From IMG/VR virus record IMGVR_UViG_3300020156_000447: a stretch of 64,000 bases of DNA. The stretch is one strand, 5' to 3'. Both the position numbers and the translations under genes were made by a program. This document shows positions 30,239 through 38,221 of the stretch, one piece after another. The notes under the pieces were generated by a model, which saw only the letters and a list, made by a program, of their open reading frames with translations, was not told where the DNA came from and made no database searches. Each line of letters starts with the position of its first letter. Position 1 is the stretch's first letter. Origin of the DNA: a virus. Its lineage: Duplodnaviria; Caudoviricetes.

Positions 30239-30350
30239 GGGAGTGCGTGTGGCGGTGCGGGCGCTCGTTGTTTACGAGGAGTTTGAGACCTACTCGACCC
30301 CATGGGCCGAACCGCAAGCATTGTTCTTTAACTTCGTCTCACCACACGCT
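30239..30350 (-). ncRNA. Structured leader RNA closed by an 11-bp stem with ACUCCC tail
   Basis: GCGTGTGGTGG pairs with CCGCCACACGC; internal hairpins TCGGCCC/GGGGTCGA and CTCGT-AAACA-ACGAG; starts just after a class II promoter. Confidence 0.55.
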
Positions 30351-30362
30351 TCTCTAAATTCG

Positions 30363-30394
30363 ATATGAGAATCGGCGCACTAAACGTCAACCGG
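30363..30394 (-). promoter_or_regulatory. Class II promoter
   Basis: CCGG-TTGACG(30390-30385)-17 nt-CATAT(30367-30363). Confidence 0.65.
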
Positions 30395-30398
30395 TTCT

Positions 30399-30743
30399 TT
30401 AATTACCCAGCCGGATTTGCAAATTACTCGTCGCGACCGGCAGGCTCGGAGTGCTCGCGACATTTGAAAAATCGGACTCGCCCCAGAAGTTTTTCGCGGT
30501 CGCGCGATAGTAGTGCGCCCCGGGGACAACCTCGAAGGAGACGCTGGATTGGGTGCCGGGGACCTCCACTTCCTTCTCCCAGGTGAGCAGGTCAGTGGAG
30601 TGATAAACGACGATGGTCACCTCCGCTGCCTGCGGGTGGGGGTCCCAAAGCAGCGTCACCGTTTTGGGTTCGAGTGAAATCTCCGCCAGGACGGGGAAAA
30701 CCAAAAATGCGGCCAGAACGAAACTCAACAAGCGTCTTCTCAT
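30399..30743 (-). CDS. Secreted single Fn3-domain protein
   Basis: Signal peptide MRRRLLSFVLAAFLVFPVLA; VTLLWDP...YYRATAKNFWGESDFSN; SD AGGAG. Confidence 0.75.
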   Translation of the reverse strand: MRRRLLSFVLAAFLVFPVLAEISLEPKTVTLLWDPHPQAAEVTIVVYHSTDLLTWEKEVEVPGTQSSVSFEVVPGAHYYRATAKNFWGESDFSNVASTPSLPVATSNLQIRLGN

Positions 30744-30795
30744 GTTACTCCTACGGAGCGCGGCTCCGCGGAATTACTGAGCCATCACTAACATG

Positions 30796-30828
30796 ATCTG
30801 TTGAGTTAGACCCCCGGTCGTCAACCGA
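30796..30828 (-). promoter_or_regulatory. Class II promoter
   Basis: TCGG-TTGACG(30824-30819)-18 nt-CAGAT(30800-30796). Confidence 0.55.
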
Positions 30829-31708
30829 TGTCTTCGCAGTCTGCCAGTTTTCTGCTGTTCTCCCAGTGGTAGATGACGCCGTCGATCTGCCGGGCCGTGC
30901 GGGAGAGGACTCGGAGCCGGGCATCCAAGGAGAGTTCTGTGGATTTATCGAGCGCCTTCACCAGCCGTCGAATCGTGCGCGAAAACATGAACAACTTGTT
31001 CCGACGATGAGAGAATTTGGGTGCTCTGTCCCATAAGGAAGGCTTCTCACGATAGACAATTTTTACCGCGCGGCGAGGACTGAGCGAAATGGCGGGGGTC
31101 GGCTCGCCCCCCGTCCGGGTGGGGGTCGGTGGCGGGGGTGCAGGTGCCGCCGGGGGAAGGGGCGAGACCAAGGCAGGAGCCTCCAGCAGCGACTTTACCG
31201 TTATCGGGTTCGGCTCATCAGAGGAGAGAGGACCATTAGTCCTCTGCTCTGGGCTTGGTTCTCCTCGGATTGCTAGGGGGAGAACATCAGTGCCTCTGGG
31301 TGCATGCCTGTGTTTGTGCTGTAAAAGATTCCAGACACAAGAAATTCGTGGAACTAGGCAAAATCTGCCTGGCGAAACATCTACGGACTGGACGATCTCT
31401 CGGGTCGGGAAGCCTGCTAAAGATAGGCGAGTTACTAATGATTCGAACCTCGCAACCCGATTTCGCTCGAATGCCGGAATATCACCATTAGTCAACGTGA
31501 TCTTCGGACGCCAACCGAGCGAGCGCGCAACCTCCTCAAGTTTTCGCAAAGTTGGGGCAGGGGGCACACTCTCGCCCTTGGCGCAATGAGGGAACACGGA
31601 CAGCCCGGCGCGTTCACAAAAACGACGCTGCCAACCGCGGCCGAAGCGAGCGACGAAAAAGCGTCGCAGCTCGGCGGCGTGATAGGCGTGGAACTCGTCG
31701 AGCGTCAC
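30821..31708 (-). CDS. Hypothetical protein, possible N-terminal HTH and Pro-rich linker
   Basis: 295-aa ORF coupled to terS; WQRRFCERAGLS...PTLRKLEEVARSLG is Xre-like. Confidence 0.45.
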   Translation of the reverse strand: MTLDEFHAYHAAELRRFFVARFGRGWQRRFCERAGLSVFPHCAKGESVPPAPTLRKLEEVARSLGWRPKITLTNGDIPAFERNRVARFESLVTRLSLAGFPTREIVQSVDVSPGRFCLVPRISCVWNLLQHKHRHAPRGTDVLPLAIRGEPSPEQRTNGPLSSDEPNPITVKSLLEAPALVSPLPPAAPAPPPPTPTRTGGEPTPAISLSPRRAVKIVYREKPSLWDRAPKFSHRRNKLFMFSRTIRRLVKALDKSTELSLDARLRVLSRTARQIDGVIYHWENSRKLADCEDIG

Positions 31709-32325
31709 TTAGCGGGAGGGAGCTGGGGGACCGACTCTTGCGCGAGCTGCTGGCGCACCAAGGCGACAGAATCAAGACCGGAAGACTCAGCGGCATTCAT
31801 CGCATTCATGACCAAGAGCGCCACGTTCGAGCCCTTGCCGTCCTCCTGGCTCGTGGGGCGTTCTTCAGCGGTGTCGCCGAGTGCGCGTTGGGTCATGAGT
31901 TGGCAAGCCTCCATAGCCTTCACCAGGTCGGTCAGGGCGCGCGTCTTGAATTCAGGGCCGAACTTGGTGTTGACCGTCAGGCGATCAACCAGGTCTTCAG
32001 CGTCGCCTTGGGACAAGTGCTGAATGACTTTGTCGAGCAATGCACGCGCACGATGGGCCTGGACGTAATTGACGGCACGGTTGATCTGGATTTGCGTGTT
32101 GCGTGGGTCGCCTTCGCGCAGCTTGTTCCACTCGCGAACTTTGTCCGTCCAATGTTCAGCGCTGGCCAGGTCGCGCACCGTCTCGACGTCGATGTCAAGT
32201 GTCAGGGCGGTCTTGCCTGCGTCGCCGTTGAAGGCAACGTAGGTCTGAAAAATCTGCGCAACGTCGAGCGCGTTTTTATTGACTTGAGGCAGGGCCATTG
32301 GCTTGGGCTTTCGCTTTCCACTCAC
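31705..32325 (-). CDS. terS: Probable terminase small subunit
   Basis: N-terminal HTH-like (KTALTLDIDVETVRDLASAEHW), helical body, first gene of packaging operon next to the palindrome. Confidence 0.55.
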   Translation of the reverse strand: MSGKRKPKPMALPQVNKNALDVAQIFQTYVAFNGDAGKTALTLDIDVETVRDLASAEHWTDKVREWNKLREGDPRNTQIQINRAVNYVQAHRARALLDKVIQHLSQGDAEDLVDRLTVNTKFGPEFKTRALTDLVKAMEACQLMTQRALGDTAEERPTSQEDGKGSNVALLVMNAMNAAESSGLDSVALVRQQLAQESVPQLPPAK

Positions 32326-32419
32326 GACGGGACTTCGCTCGCAAACTCTGCTGGGCCTTCTTGCGGAGGTCCCGGGCGGCGGTCGGGGCGGTCTCGAACA
32401 GTTTTTGTCGGGGCTTCAT
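32276..32419 (-). CDS. Small basic protein
   Basis: ATG 32419, 13 nt after the class II -10; MKPRQKLFETAPTAARDLRKK. Confidence 0.35.
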   Translation of the reverse strand: MKPRQKLFETAPTAARDLRKKAQQSLRAKSRREWKAKAQANGPASSQ

Positions 32420-32432
32420 TGTCCTTTCCCTA

Positions 32433-32465
32433 ATATGAGCGCCGGAACAGGCCGCCGCCAACCAG
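32433..32465 (-). promoter_or_regulatory. Class II promoter, leftward (packaging/morphogenesis arm)
   Basis: CTGG-TTGGCG(32461-32456)-18 nt-CATAT(32437-32433). Confidence 0.65.
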
Positions 32466-32508
32466 TTTGGGCGAAATTCGCCAGGAGCCGTTTAAACGCA
32501 GCGTCATG

Positions 32509-32802
32509 CAAAGGTCTTTTGAAAAGCGGAAAAGCCTGAAAAACCTGGGGATTCAGGGGAAAAAGGAGGCATGATAGAAAGCGGCTGGACTCAACTTTAA
32601 GTTGGTCGATCCGGCACCTTTTCTTCGATCTATACCCTGTTTTATATACGCGACCCCCTTAAAAGTAAGAGAGTAGTGTAAGAGCCAAAAAAAGGGCCGG
32701 ACCGACCAACTTAAAGTTGAGTCTGGCGGCTTTCTATCATAGCTGTTTTTCTGCCCTTTTCCCTTTGTTTTCGGCCTTTTGTGGCTTCCAAAAGATCCTT
32801 TC
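32509..32802. repeat. Long imperfect inverted repeat (45-bp cores in ~115-bp arms)
   Basis: 32571-32615 versus reverse complement of 32696-32740: 41/45 identical by hand; each arm contains the palindrome CAACTTwAAGTTG; A-rich similarity extends outwards. Confidence 0.85.
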
Positions 32803-32809
32803 AAAAAAA

Positions 32810-32842
32810 CTGGTTGGCAGCCGGTAGCCCTTTTCACCATAT
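32810..32842 (+). promoter_or_regulatory. Class II promoter, rightward
   Basis: CTGG-TTGGCA(32814-32819)-18 nt-CATAT(32838-32842), GTG 7 nt later. Confidence 0.65.
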
Positions 32843-32849
32843 CCTTTAT

Positions 32850-33491
32850 GTGAACGAACAAAATTTTGTCGGCGTCTACCCAAGTGGGTCACGGGCACTG
32901 CCCTACAAAGTCCACTACTCGGCCAAGGGCAAGCTCATCTATCTCGGCTCCTACGCCACAGCCGAAGAAGCTGCCCGGGTCTACGACAACGCGGTCATCT
33001 GTTTTTCCGCACCCGGTCTCGACTGCCGCTTCACACGTCTCAACTTCCCGGAAGCCTTCAACGGGAACTACGCAGCCGTCAGCCCGTTACCCAAAGTCGC
33101 TGATGCCATCACCCGCTACACGCCACACATCAGGGGTGGCAACCAGCCGACAATCGACGACGTGCGACTGGCCTTCGGCAACCTGATGAGGCAAGTCAAT
33201 CACGTCGCAGCGGTTTTGGGCATGAGCCCGCTTCGCCAGCGCCACCTGGCCATGGTCACTGCGGAAGCGTTGGAGAACACCGACTTTTGCCCGAAGTGCA
33301 ACAGGCGCAGCGCCATCATCACCTGCGAGCATGGCAAGTTTTCAGCGTGCTGCGAGGTTCACTTTTTCGAGTTTTCTGAGAACCCGGCCACCGGCCAGCT
33401 CGACTGCATATCTCGGTCTAAGTGGCACAAGGAACTCGAAGCCCCGATCTGTCCTATCCAGCAAAACGTTAACCCAATGACAACACTATGA
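32850..33491 (+). CDS. AP2-domain DNA-binding protein with C-terminal Zn ribbon
   Basis: FVGVY...IYLGSYATAEEAARVYDNA...LNFP; CPKC...CCEVH; leaderless GTG start. Confidence 0.8.
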   Translation: MNEQNFVGVYPSGSRALPYKVHYSAKGKLIYLGSYATAEEAARVYDNAVICFSAPGLDCRFTRLNFPEAFNGNYAAVSPLPKVADAITRYTPHIRGGNQPTIDDVRLAFGNLMRQVNHVAAVLGMSPLRQRHLAMVTAEALENTDFCPKCNRRSAIITCEHGKFSACCEVHFFEFSENPATGQLDCISRSKWHKELEAPICPIQQNVNPMTTL

Positions 33492-33721
33492 TCTCACGAA
33501 AGAAACTCGGAAAAACACAGCTCCTGTTTTTACAGGCACTCGGTCGCCATGGTCGTTACTACCGCGGCTGCGGGTGGGTCTGGGGCAAGCCCTCGGAATC
33601 AGTCCGCCTAGCTGAATCGCTGCTTCGCCTCGGCTACCTGCGAAAGGTCGAAGAACCCTCCAGGGGCTACGTCTACTACGAGACCGAGGAGTATCTTGCC
33701 TTAGTCCGTGCCAAGTTTTAA
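33488..33721 (+). CDS. Hypothetical early protein
   Basis: Coupled ORF. Confidence 0.55.
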   Translation: MISRKKLGKTQLLFLQALGRHGRYYRGCGWVWGKPSESVRLAESLLRLGYLRKVEEPSRGYVYYETEEYLALVRAKF

Positions 33722-33730
33722 GGAGGACCC

Positions 33731-34114
33731 ATGGAAGCCTTTTTCGCCATTCTGTGCCTCGTCGCTCTTTTCGCGTTATCGGTCGCCGGTTACACGCACT
33801 CGGCAACACCTGACCGGCAGCCTGCAACACCCGACACGAAGCCCGCACCACGCAACTGGTTCTTCGTTCTCTCGCTCCGGGATTCCCCTCGTGATGGTTT
33901 CGCGGTCTTCCAGGGTCCTGGGGTGGGCATGCTCACGCGGGACCTGGCCTACGCCAACCGGCTGACCGCTGCCCAGGTCGCCGAACGTCCCGACCTTTAC
34001 AACGACCGAGTCAATACCGTGGCCATCCCGGTCGACGATGTGCAGGCGATCATTGTGGCTCCCTGGCACCTGATTTCGTGGCCTGGAAAAGATGCCAACC
34101 CCAAAGCCTCTTGA
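33731..34114 (+). CDS. Membrane-anchored hypothetical protein
   Basis: SD AGGAGG; N-terminal TM helix. Confidence 0.6.
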   Translation: MEAFFAILCLVALFALSVAGYTHSATPDRQPATPDTKPAPRNWFFVLSLRDSPRDGFAVFQGPGVGMLTRDLAYANRLTAAQVAERPDLYNDRVNTVAIPVDDVQAIIVAPWHLISWPGKDANPKAS

Positions 34115-34116
34115 GT

Positions 34117-34236
34117 ATGTGGACGCTCTTCCTGGTTCTTCTCTCGGTCGGTTTCCTCGCCTTCGCGGCCTGCTGCCTGTGGCTTTTGTGGGTTCGGTAT
34201 CATTGGGTTTTCGATGATGCCGATTTTGACCCGTAA
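34117..34236 (+). CDS. 39-aa membrane peptide
   Basis: Hand-translated MWTLFLVLLSVGFLAFAACCLWLLWVRYHWVFDDADFDP*. Confidence 0.45.
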   Translation: MWTLFLVLLSVGFLAFAACCLWLLWVRYHWVFDDADFDP

Positions 34237-34274
34237 ACATTGGGGATTCTTCGCTTCAAAAAAGATTTAAAAAA

Positions 34275-34306
34275 GTATTGACGAAAATATTGACGCCGTT
34301 AAGCTC
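34275..34306 (+). promoter_or_regulatory. Class I (host sigma70-type) early promoter, leaderless
   Basis: AAGTA-TTGACG(34279-34284)-16 nt-TAAGCT(34301-34306)-7 nt-ATG. Confidence 0.65.
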
Positions 34307-34313
34307 TTGCACA

Positions 34314-34543
34314 TGAGAAACATCTTTCTGCCAGCAGCGGTTCGAGCCAAGGAACTTGGCAAGCCCCTTGTGGTCGCCCACTACTCCGGGCGCAATGTCC
34401 AAGTGCTCGTCAACGACGTCGTGGTGCTCTCTGACGGGCCTTACCACTACCCGGTCGACTGCGCCCGGGTGCTCGGACAATCCATCGCCAAGGAGCGGGG
34501 CGGATTTTTCGGCGGCGTGGCGGAAGTGGCCTTCAACTCGTAA
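34314..34543 (+). CDS. Hypothetical early protein
   Basis: Leaderless ATG 34314. Confidence 0.55.
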
Positions 34544-34549
34544 CCTGCT

Positions 34550-34804
34550 ATGGCCAGCCTCCCTATCTTCTGGGTCCGACAGGACAACCACGGCTCTGTG
34601 CGCGCCGCCTACCAGGCAGCCAACGGCAAGCGCTACTACCCGAAGCCTGCGGGCGCGATTTGGGCTGGCGTCTCGGACCTTTTTCGGCGCAACAATCCGA
34701 ACTCGCCCTTCGACATCTCCCAGGAAGCAGCGGTCTACCGCATCGGCGGCGAGCTCTATTGCGTCGAGAGCGTGTCGTCCCGCGCGTTCTGGCCGACGTG
34801 CTGA
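34550..34804 (+). CDS. Hypothetical early protein
   Basis: Tightly packed ORF with phage-like codon usage. Confidence 0.55.
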   Translation: MASLPIFWVRQDNHGSVRAAYQAANGKRYYPKPAGAIWAGVSDLFRRNNPNSPFDISQEAAVYRIGGELYCVESVSSRAFWPTC

Positions 34805-34932
34805 AGGCGCAAGCCGACCGCCGCCCGTTTTACGTGCCTTCCGGCTTCATCGCCCCGAAGGGCTGTGTGGCGCTGCGCGCCGAACTCCTCAACGAAGCAA
34901 TCAAGTCCCTTTAACCCTCAACACGAACACTT

Positions 34933-35301
34933 ATGAAAGCCATCATCGAATCAATCGAAGCATCAATCGCAGACATCCAACGCCAGCTCGACCGGCCCGT
35001 GCTCGACGGCACGCCCTATCTCCTGGTCGCCGACTTCCGGGGCCTGCCGGTCGTCGTCACAGTCGAGAACGGCGTGCGTGCCTTCCGCTCCTTGGACCTT
35101 TTGGCCGATCACTGCTGTGGCGCAATCTGCTACTCGGCTGAGTCTGTCGCCCAGGTGTTGCGCCGGTTCGAGGTCAACCCGGACGCCAACCTCAGTAACC
35201 TTCGCCCGCTGCATCGCCGGGAGTTTTTGAAGCAGCGCCTGGACGCGCAGAAAACCCTGCTGGCCCGGCTGCCCGCGCAGCTCGTGGCGCTCGAAGCTTG
35301 A
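34933..35301 (+). CDS. Hypothetical early protein
   Basis: ORF after an AC-rich leader. Confidence 0.55.
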   Translation: MKAIIESIEASIADIQRQLDRPVLDGTPYLLVADFRGLPVVVTVENGVRAFRSLDLLADHCCGAICYSAESVAQVLRRFEVNPDANLSNLRPLHRREFLKQRLDAQKTLLARLPAQLVALEA

Positions 35302-35308
35302 GGCGCGT

Positions 35309-35650
35309 ATGAACGCTGAATGCTCTATCTGTGGTGGCGACCTGGTGGAACTGGGTTGCCTTGGAAACCGGGTTCACTCCCGCTGCCGCAACTGCGGCGC
35401 GCAGTCTTCGCGTGAATCGAAGCTTGAGCCCGTCACCTACACCTTGCCCGCGTCTTGGGCGAGCTACCTGATTAACGGCGACGCCAGCGGGCTCGAAGAC
35501 GGGGAAAGCAGTCGCATTGATTATTGGCTGCTGTCGCACAACCTGCCGAGCCCGGTGGACTGTTCTGAAGAGGCTCATTTCGCCCGCAGTAATGACGCTA
35601 CCCAGCTCGGGGGCGACGTGCTCGAATACACCTTTTTGATCCGCTCATGA
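35309..35650 (+). CDS. Zn-ribbon-containing early protein
   Basis: CSICGG...CRNCG; C-terminal LPASWASYLINGDASGL motif. Confidence 0.55.
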   Translation: MNAECSICGGDLVELGCLGNRVHSRCRNCGAQSSRESKLEPVTYTLPASWASYLINGDASGLEDGESSRIDYWLLSHNLPSPVDCSEEAHFARSNDATQLGGDVLEYTFLIRS

Positions 35651-35835
35651 AGACCAAGCTCTCTGTTTTTGAACGTCATCAAAAGCGCATCGCGCTGCAG
35701 ACGCTCGCGATGCACGACGCAGGCGCTGCCATCGCAGGCGCTGCCATCGCAGGCGGCATGACAAAGACCGAGGCGCGCAATTTCCTGCGCCGCCTGGGTT
35801 ACTCCGAAGTGCAAATCAAAAAACTCGAATCATGA
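35647..35835 (+). CDS. Hypothetical early protein with 15-bp tandem duplication
   Basis: GCAGGCGCTGCCATC x2 plus partial at 35719-35755 (AGAAI AGAAI AG). Confidence 0.55.
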   Translation: MKTKLSVFERHQKRIALQTLAMHDAGAAIAGAAIAGGMTKTEARNFLRRLGYSEVQIKKLES

Positions 35836-36089
35836 AAGCAACTATCCGATCAATCGAACCCTCTCTCATTGAGGTGTCGAGGGACGACCTTCGGATTGTG
35901 ACTCAGGCCGTTCTCGAACACTGGACCCGCGAATACACCCTCGGCAGCGGTCGGGACGTGGTGGAGTGCGTGTTCTGCGGCAAGGAGCAAGCTGTGGACT
36001 ATTCGCGGGGTGGGGGCACGATTCACAAGCCCGACCATGAGCTCAACTGCGCTGTCCTGGTGGCAACTTCTATCGCACCCCGTCAATAA
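35832..36089 (+). CDS. Hypothetical Zn-binding early protein
   Basis: ECVFCG...HKPDHELNC. Confidence 0.55.
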   Translation: MKATIRSIEPSLIEVSRDDLRIVTQAVLEHWTREYTLGSGRDVVECVFCGKEQAVDYSRGGGTIHKPDHELNCAVLVATSIAPRQ

Positions 36090-36091
36090 TC

Positions 36092-36448
36092 ATGACCTTG
36101 CTACCCGAACTCCGGCGCGCCGTCATCAGCTACAAGGCCGCACAGTCCACTCTCAGGGACGCCTCGTGGGCGTTGCGCGAAATCCGCAACCAACTGTTTA
36201 AACCCGGCCAGCCGGTGCGCGTCTACTCCGCACGATACAAGGGTTTCGGCGTGGTTGTGAAAGAGCAGACCGACCCGTCCATGCTTCCCGTGAAGCTCGA
36301 AAACGGCAACGTGTGGTGGTATCCGGTCGAAGACTGCCAGGCGCGCACCTGGGGGCAAGTCAACGTGCTGGACCCGAGCCTGCGTCGGGCGTATCTGCGC
36401 TGGCACGGCAGGCAGACTTTTCGCGGCCCGCAGGGGGCGCTGCCGTGA
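36092..36448 (+). CDS. Hypothetical early protein (SH3-like)
   Basis: FKPGQPVRV...GVVV...VKLENGNVWWYP. Confidence 0.55.
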   Translation: MTLLPELRRAVISYKAAQSTLRDASWALREIRNQLFKPGQPVRVYSARYKGFGVVVKEQTDPSMLPVKLENGNVWWYPVEDCQARTWGQVNVLDPSLRRAYLRWHGRQTFRGPQGALP

Positions 36449-36471
36449 GGCTGCAAAAGATTTTTCACTAA

Positions 36472-36515
36472 ATACATATTTACGTATTGACGAAAATAGA
36501 TTCATCACCTATTCT
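36472..36515 (+). promoter_or_regulatory. Class I early promoter, leaderless
   Basis: ATACATATTTACGTA-TTGACG(36487-36492)-17 nt-TATTCT(36510-36515)-7 nt-ATG. Confidence 0.75.
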
Positions 36516-36522
36516 CGCGCAC

Positions 36523-36867
36523 ATGGAAAACGTCATTGAACAAAAACTCGAAGTCCCGGCCAAGTCCCGGGCCGCAAAGTTCATCGCCTACGTGCGCAGC
36601 CTCGGCCACGAGCCGAAGATCGAAGTCAGGCCATTCGGCAGCACGGTCGAAGTCGTGATCGAAGTCGCCTCCCAGGTTGCCTGGGACCGGTCGAGCCTGA
36701 CGGTCCAGTGCTTCATCAGCCCGAAGTGCTCCTATCGTCGCGCCAGCGAGCGCGTCCGGGGGTTCTACATCGACATCTGCGGCGGCACCAAGAAGGGCCT
36801 GACGCAGTGGGAGCGGGCCTACCACGCCAAGGAGATCGTCGCCCGCAACAAACGCAACGCAGCCTGA
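36523..36867 (+). CDS. Hypothetical early protein
   Basis: Leaderless ATG 36523. Confidence 0.6.
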   Translation: MENVIEQKLEVPAKSRAAKFIAYVRSLGHEPKIEVRPFGSTVEVVIEVASQVAWDRSSLTVQCFISPKCSYRRASERVRGFYIDICGGTKKGLTQWERAYHAKEIVARNKRNAA

Positions 36868-36871
36868 TTTT

Positions 36872-37135
36872 ATGAGCAAATTCACGACACGCGGACACAT
36901 TCCCAAAGGGCTGCTCGATGAGTGCGAGCGGCACGCCGACAAGGTCCTGGAGGTCGGCAACGAGAAGAGCAGCGGCGACGGCTATTGGGTTATCCTGAAG
37001 TCCGGATGGCGCACCTGCGACGACGTCGTCCACGCAGTCCACGAGGACACCGCCATGGGCGCAGCCCGCATGCTGCGCGCCGTGGTTCGCTGTGAGTGCC
37101 GAGATTGCAAGCTCTCCCGAATTTTTTGCCTCTGA
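36872..37135 (+). CDS. Hypothetical early protein
   Basis: TTTATG start; GYWVILKSGW...HAVHED...CECRDC. Confidence 0.55.
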   Translation: MSKFTTRGHIPKGLLDECERHADKVLEVGNEKSSGDGYWVILKSGWRTCDDVVHAVHEDTAMGAARMLRAVVRCECRDCKLSRIFCL

Positions 37136-37148
37136 ATCCCGTCACCGA

Positions 37149-37337
37149 ATGAAAGCGCACAAAGTAAAAGTAAGCTACGTGGTGGAGTTAACCCCTGAGC
37201 AACGGAAGGCGTGCCTCAAATATGCGGATTCGCTAGGGCTCTCCTACGATAAACCCAAGCCCCAGACGCTCTTGAAAAGGCTTTTCAAAGACGTGGGCCA
37301 GGACGCGCTTTTAAAAGCTTTAGAAGCTGCTTTCTGA
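37149..37337 (+). CDS. Small basic early protein
   Basis: ATG 37149 (MKAHKVKVSYVVELTPEQRK). Confidence 0.5.
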   Translation: MKAHKVKVSYVVELTPEQRKACLKYADSLGLSYDKPKPQTLLKRLFKDVGQDALLKALEAAF

Positions 37338-37357
37338 GCGAGCCCCGCCTAATTTTT

Positions 37358-37726
37358 ATGCCCACTAAATCCCAGTCCGCCCCGTCCGTCGAAGAGTTTC
37401 CAGGCTATAGGCCGGTGAGCGAGTTGTTCAAGCGGCGCTTCCCCTCGCACAAACTCAACCATGAGAATTGCCTTGGCGGTGTAATGCCTGTTGACACCGT
37501 GATTCTGAGACGCGGCACGTATTTCAACAGGCAGGGTTACGTGGTGCGTCCTGGGTGGAAGCTTCGCGGATGGACAGCGCCACCTTACCAGGGCTCGGCT
37601 GAAACAGCTCTGGTTTTTGAAAAAGAAACCGCTGCCGTTCCATACGGAGACCACTGGACGGACCGCCAGGAGCCCGGCATCTACTGGACGCACGCGTCCG
37701 CGGGTTACCTTTTCTTCTACCTCTGA
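37358..37726 (+). CDS. Hypothetical early protein
   Basis: TTTTTATG start. Confidence 0.55.
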   Translation: MPTKSQSAPSVEEFPGYRPVSELFKRRFPSHKLNHENCLGGVMPVDTVILRRGTYFNRQGYVVRPGWKLRGWTAPPYQGSAETALVFEKETAAVPYGDHWTDRQEPGIYWTHASAGYLFFYL

Positions 37727-37731
37727 ATTTT

Positions 37732-38007
37732 ATGCAAAACAAAACCACTAACACTCCCAAAAAGAGAATCGACATAGCCTACTATCTGCTTGAAATCATC
37801 GGCGGACCGGGGCTGGCCCAGAGACTTAAAACTGAGGTTCTTCGTGGCGTTCAGCTACCGCCAGGAGCGGACGAGCCGTTGACTGAAGAGGAATGGCAGG
37901 CTGCATGCGCCTTCGTGCGCCAAGAGGCTCCTGCGCTTGCGCGAATGTTGACGCAAGAATGCCGCCGGGTGTCGGCTGAGCTACGCGAACAAAATAGCCG
38001 CAATTGA
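37732..38007 (+). CDS. Hypothetical early protein
   Basis: TTTTATG start. Confidence 0.5.
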   Translation: MQNKTTNTPKKRIDIAYYLLEIIGGPGLAQRLKTEVLRGVQLPPGADEPLTEEEWQAACAFVRQEAPALARMLTQECRRVSAELREQNSRN

Positions 38008-38010
38008 TTT

Positions 38011-38217
38011 ATGCACACCCTAACTGAAATCACCACAGCAATCGAATCCTTCACACTCGACCGGGCACTCGAAGCCGGTCACGAGTCACCGCACTCCGTC
38101 GCCCACGCAGCCGGTGACGAGTTCCGCGCAGCGACTAACCAGCCGGAGCCAATCCGTCACTGGCAGCCTAACTACGTGAACCGGGCAGCCCGCCGCACGC
38201 GCACTGCCACGAGCTGA
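38011..38217 (+). CDS. Hypothetical early protein
   Basis: TTTATG start. Confidence 0.5.
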   Translation: MHTLTEITTAIESFTLDRALEAGHESPHSVAHAAGDEFRAATNQPEPIRHWQPNYVNRAARRTRTATS

Positions 38218-38221
38218 ATTT

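Noticed and set aside
32571-32740. N15-type telomere resolution site
   Set aside because: The arms are separated by an 80-bp non-palindromic spacer and no protelomerase was recognised
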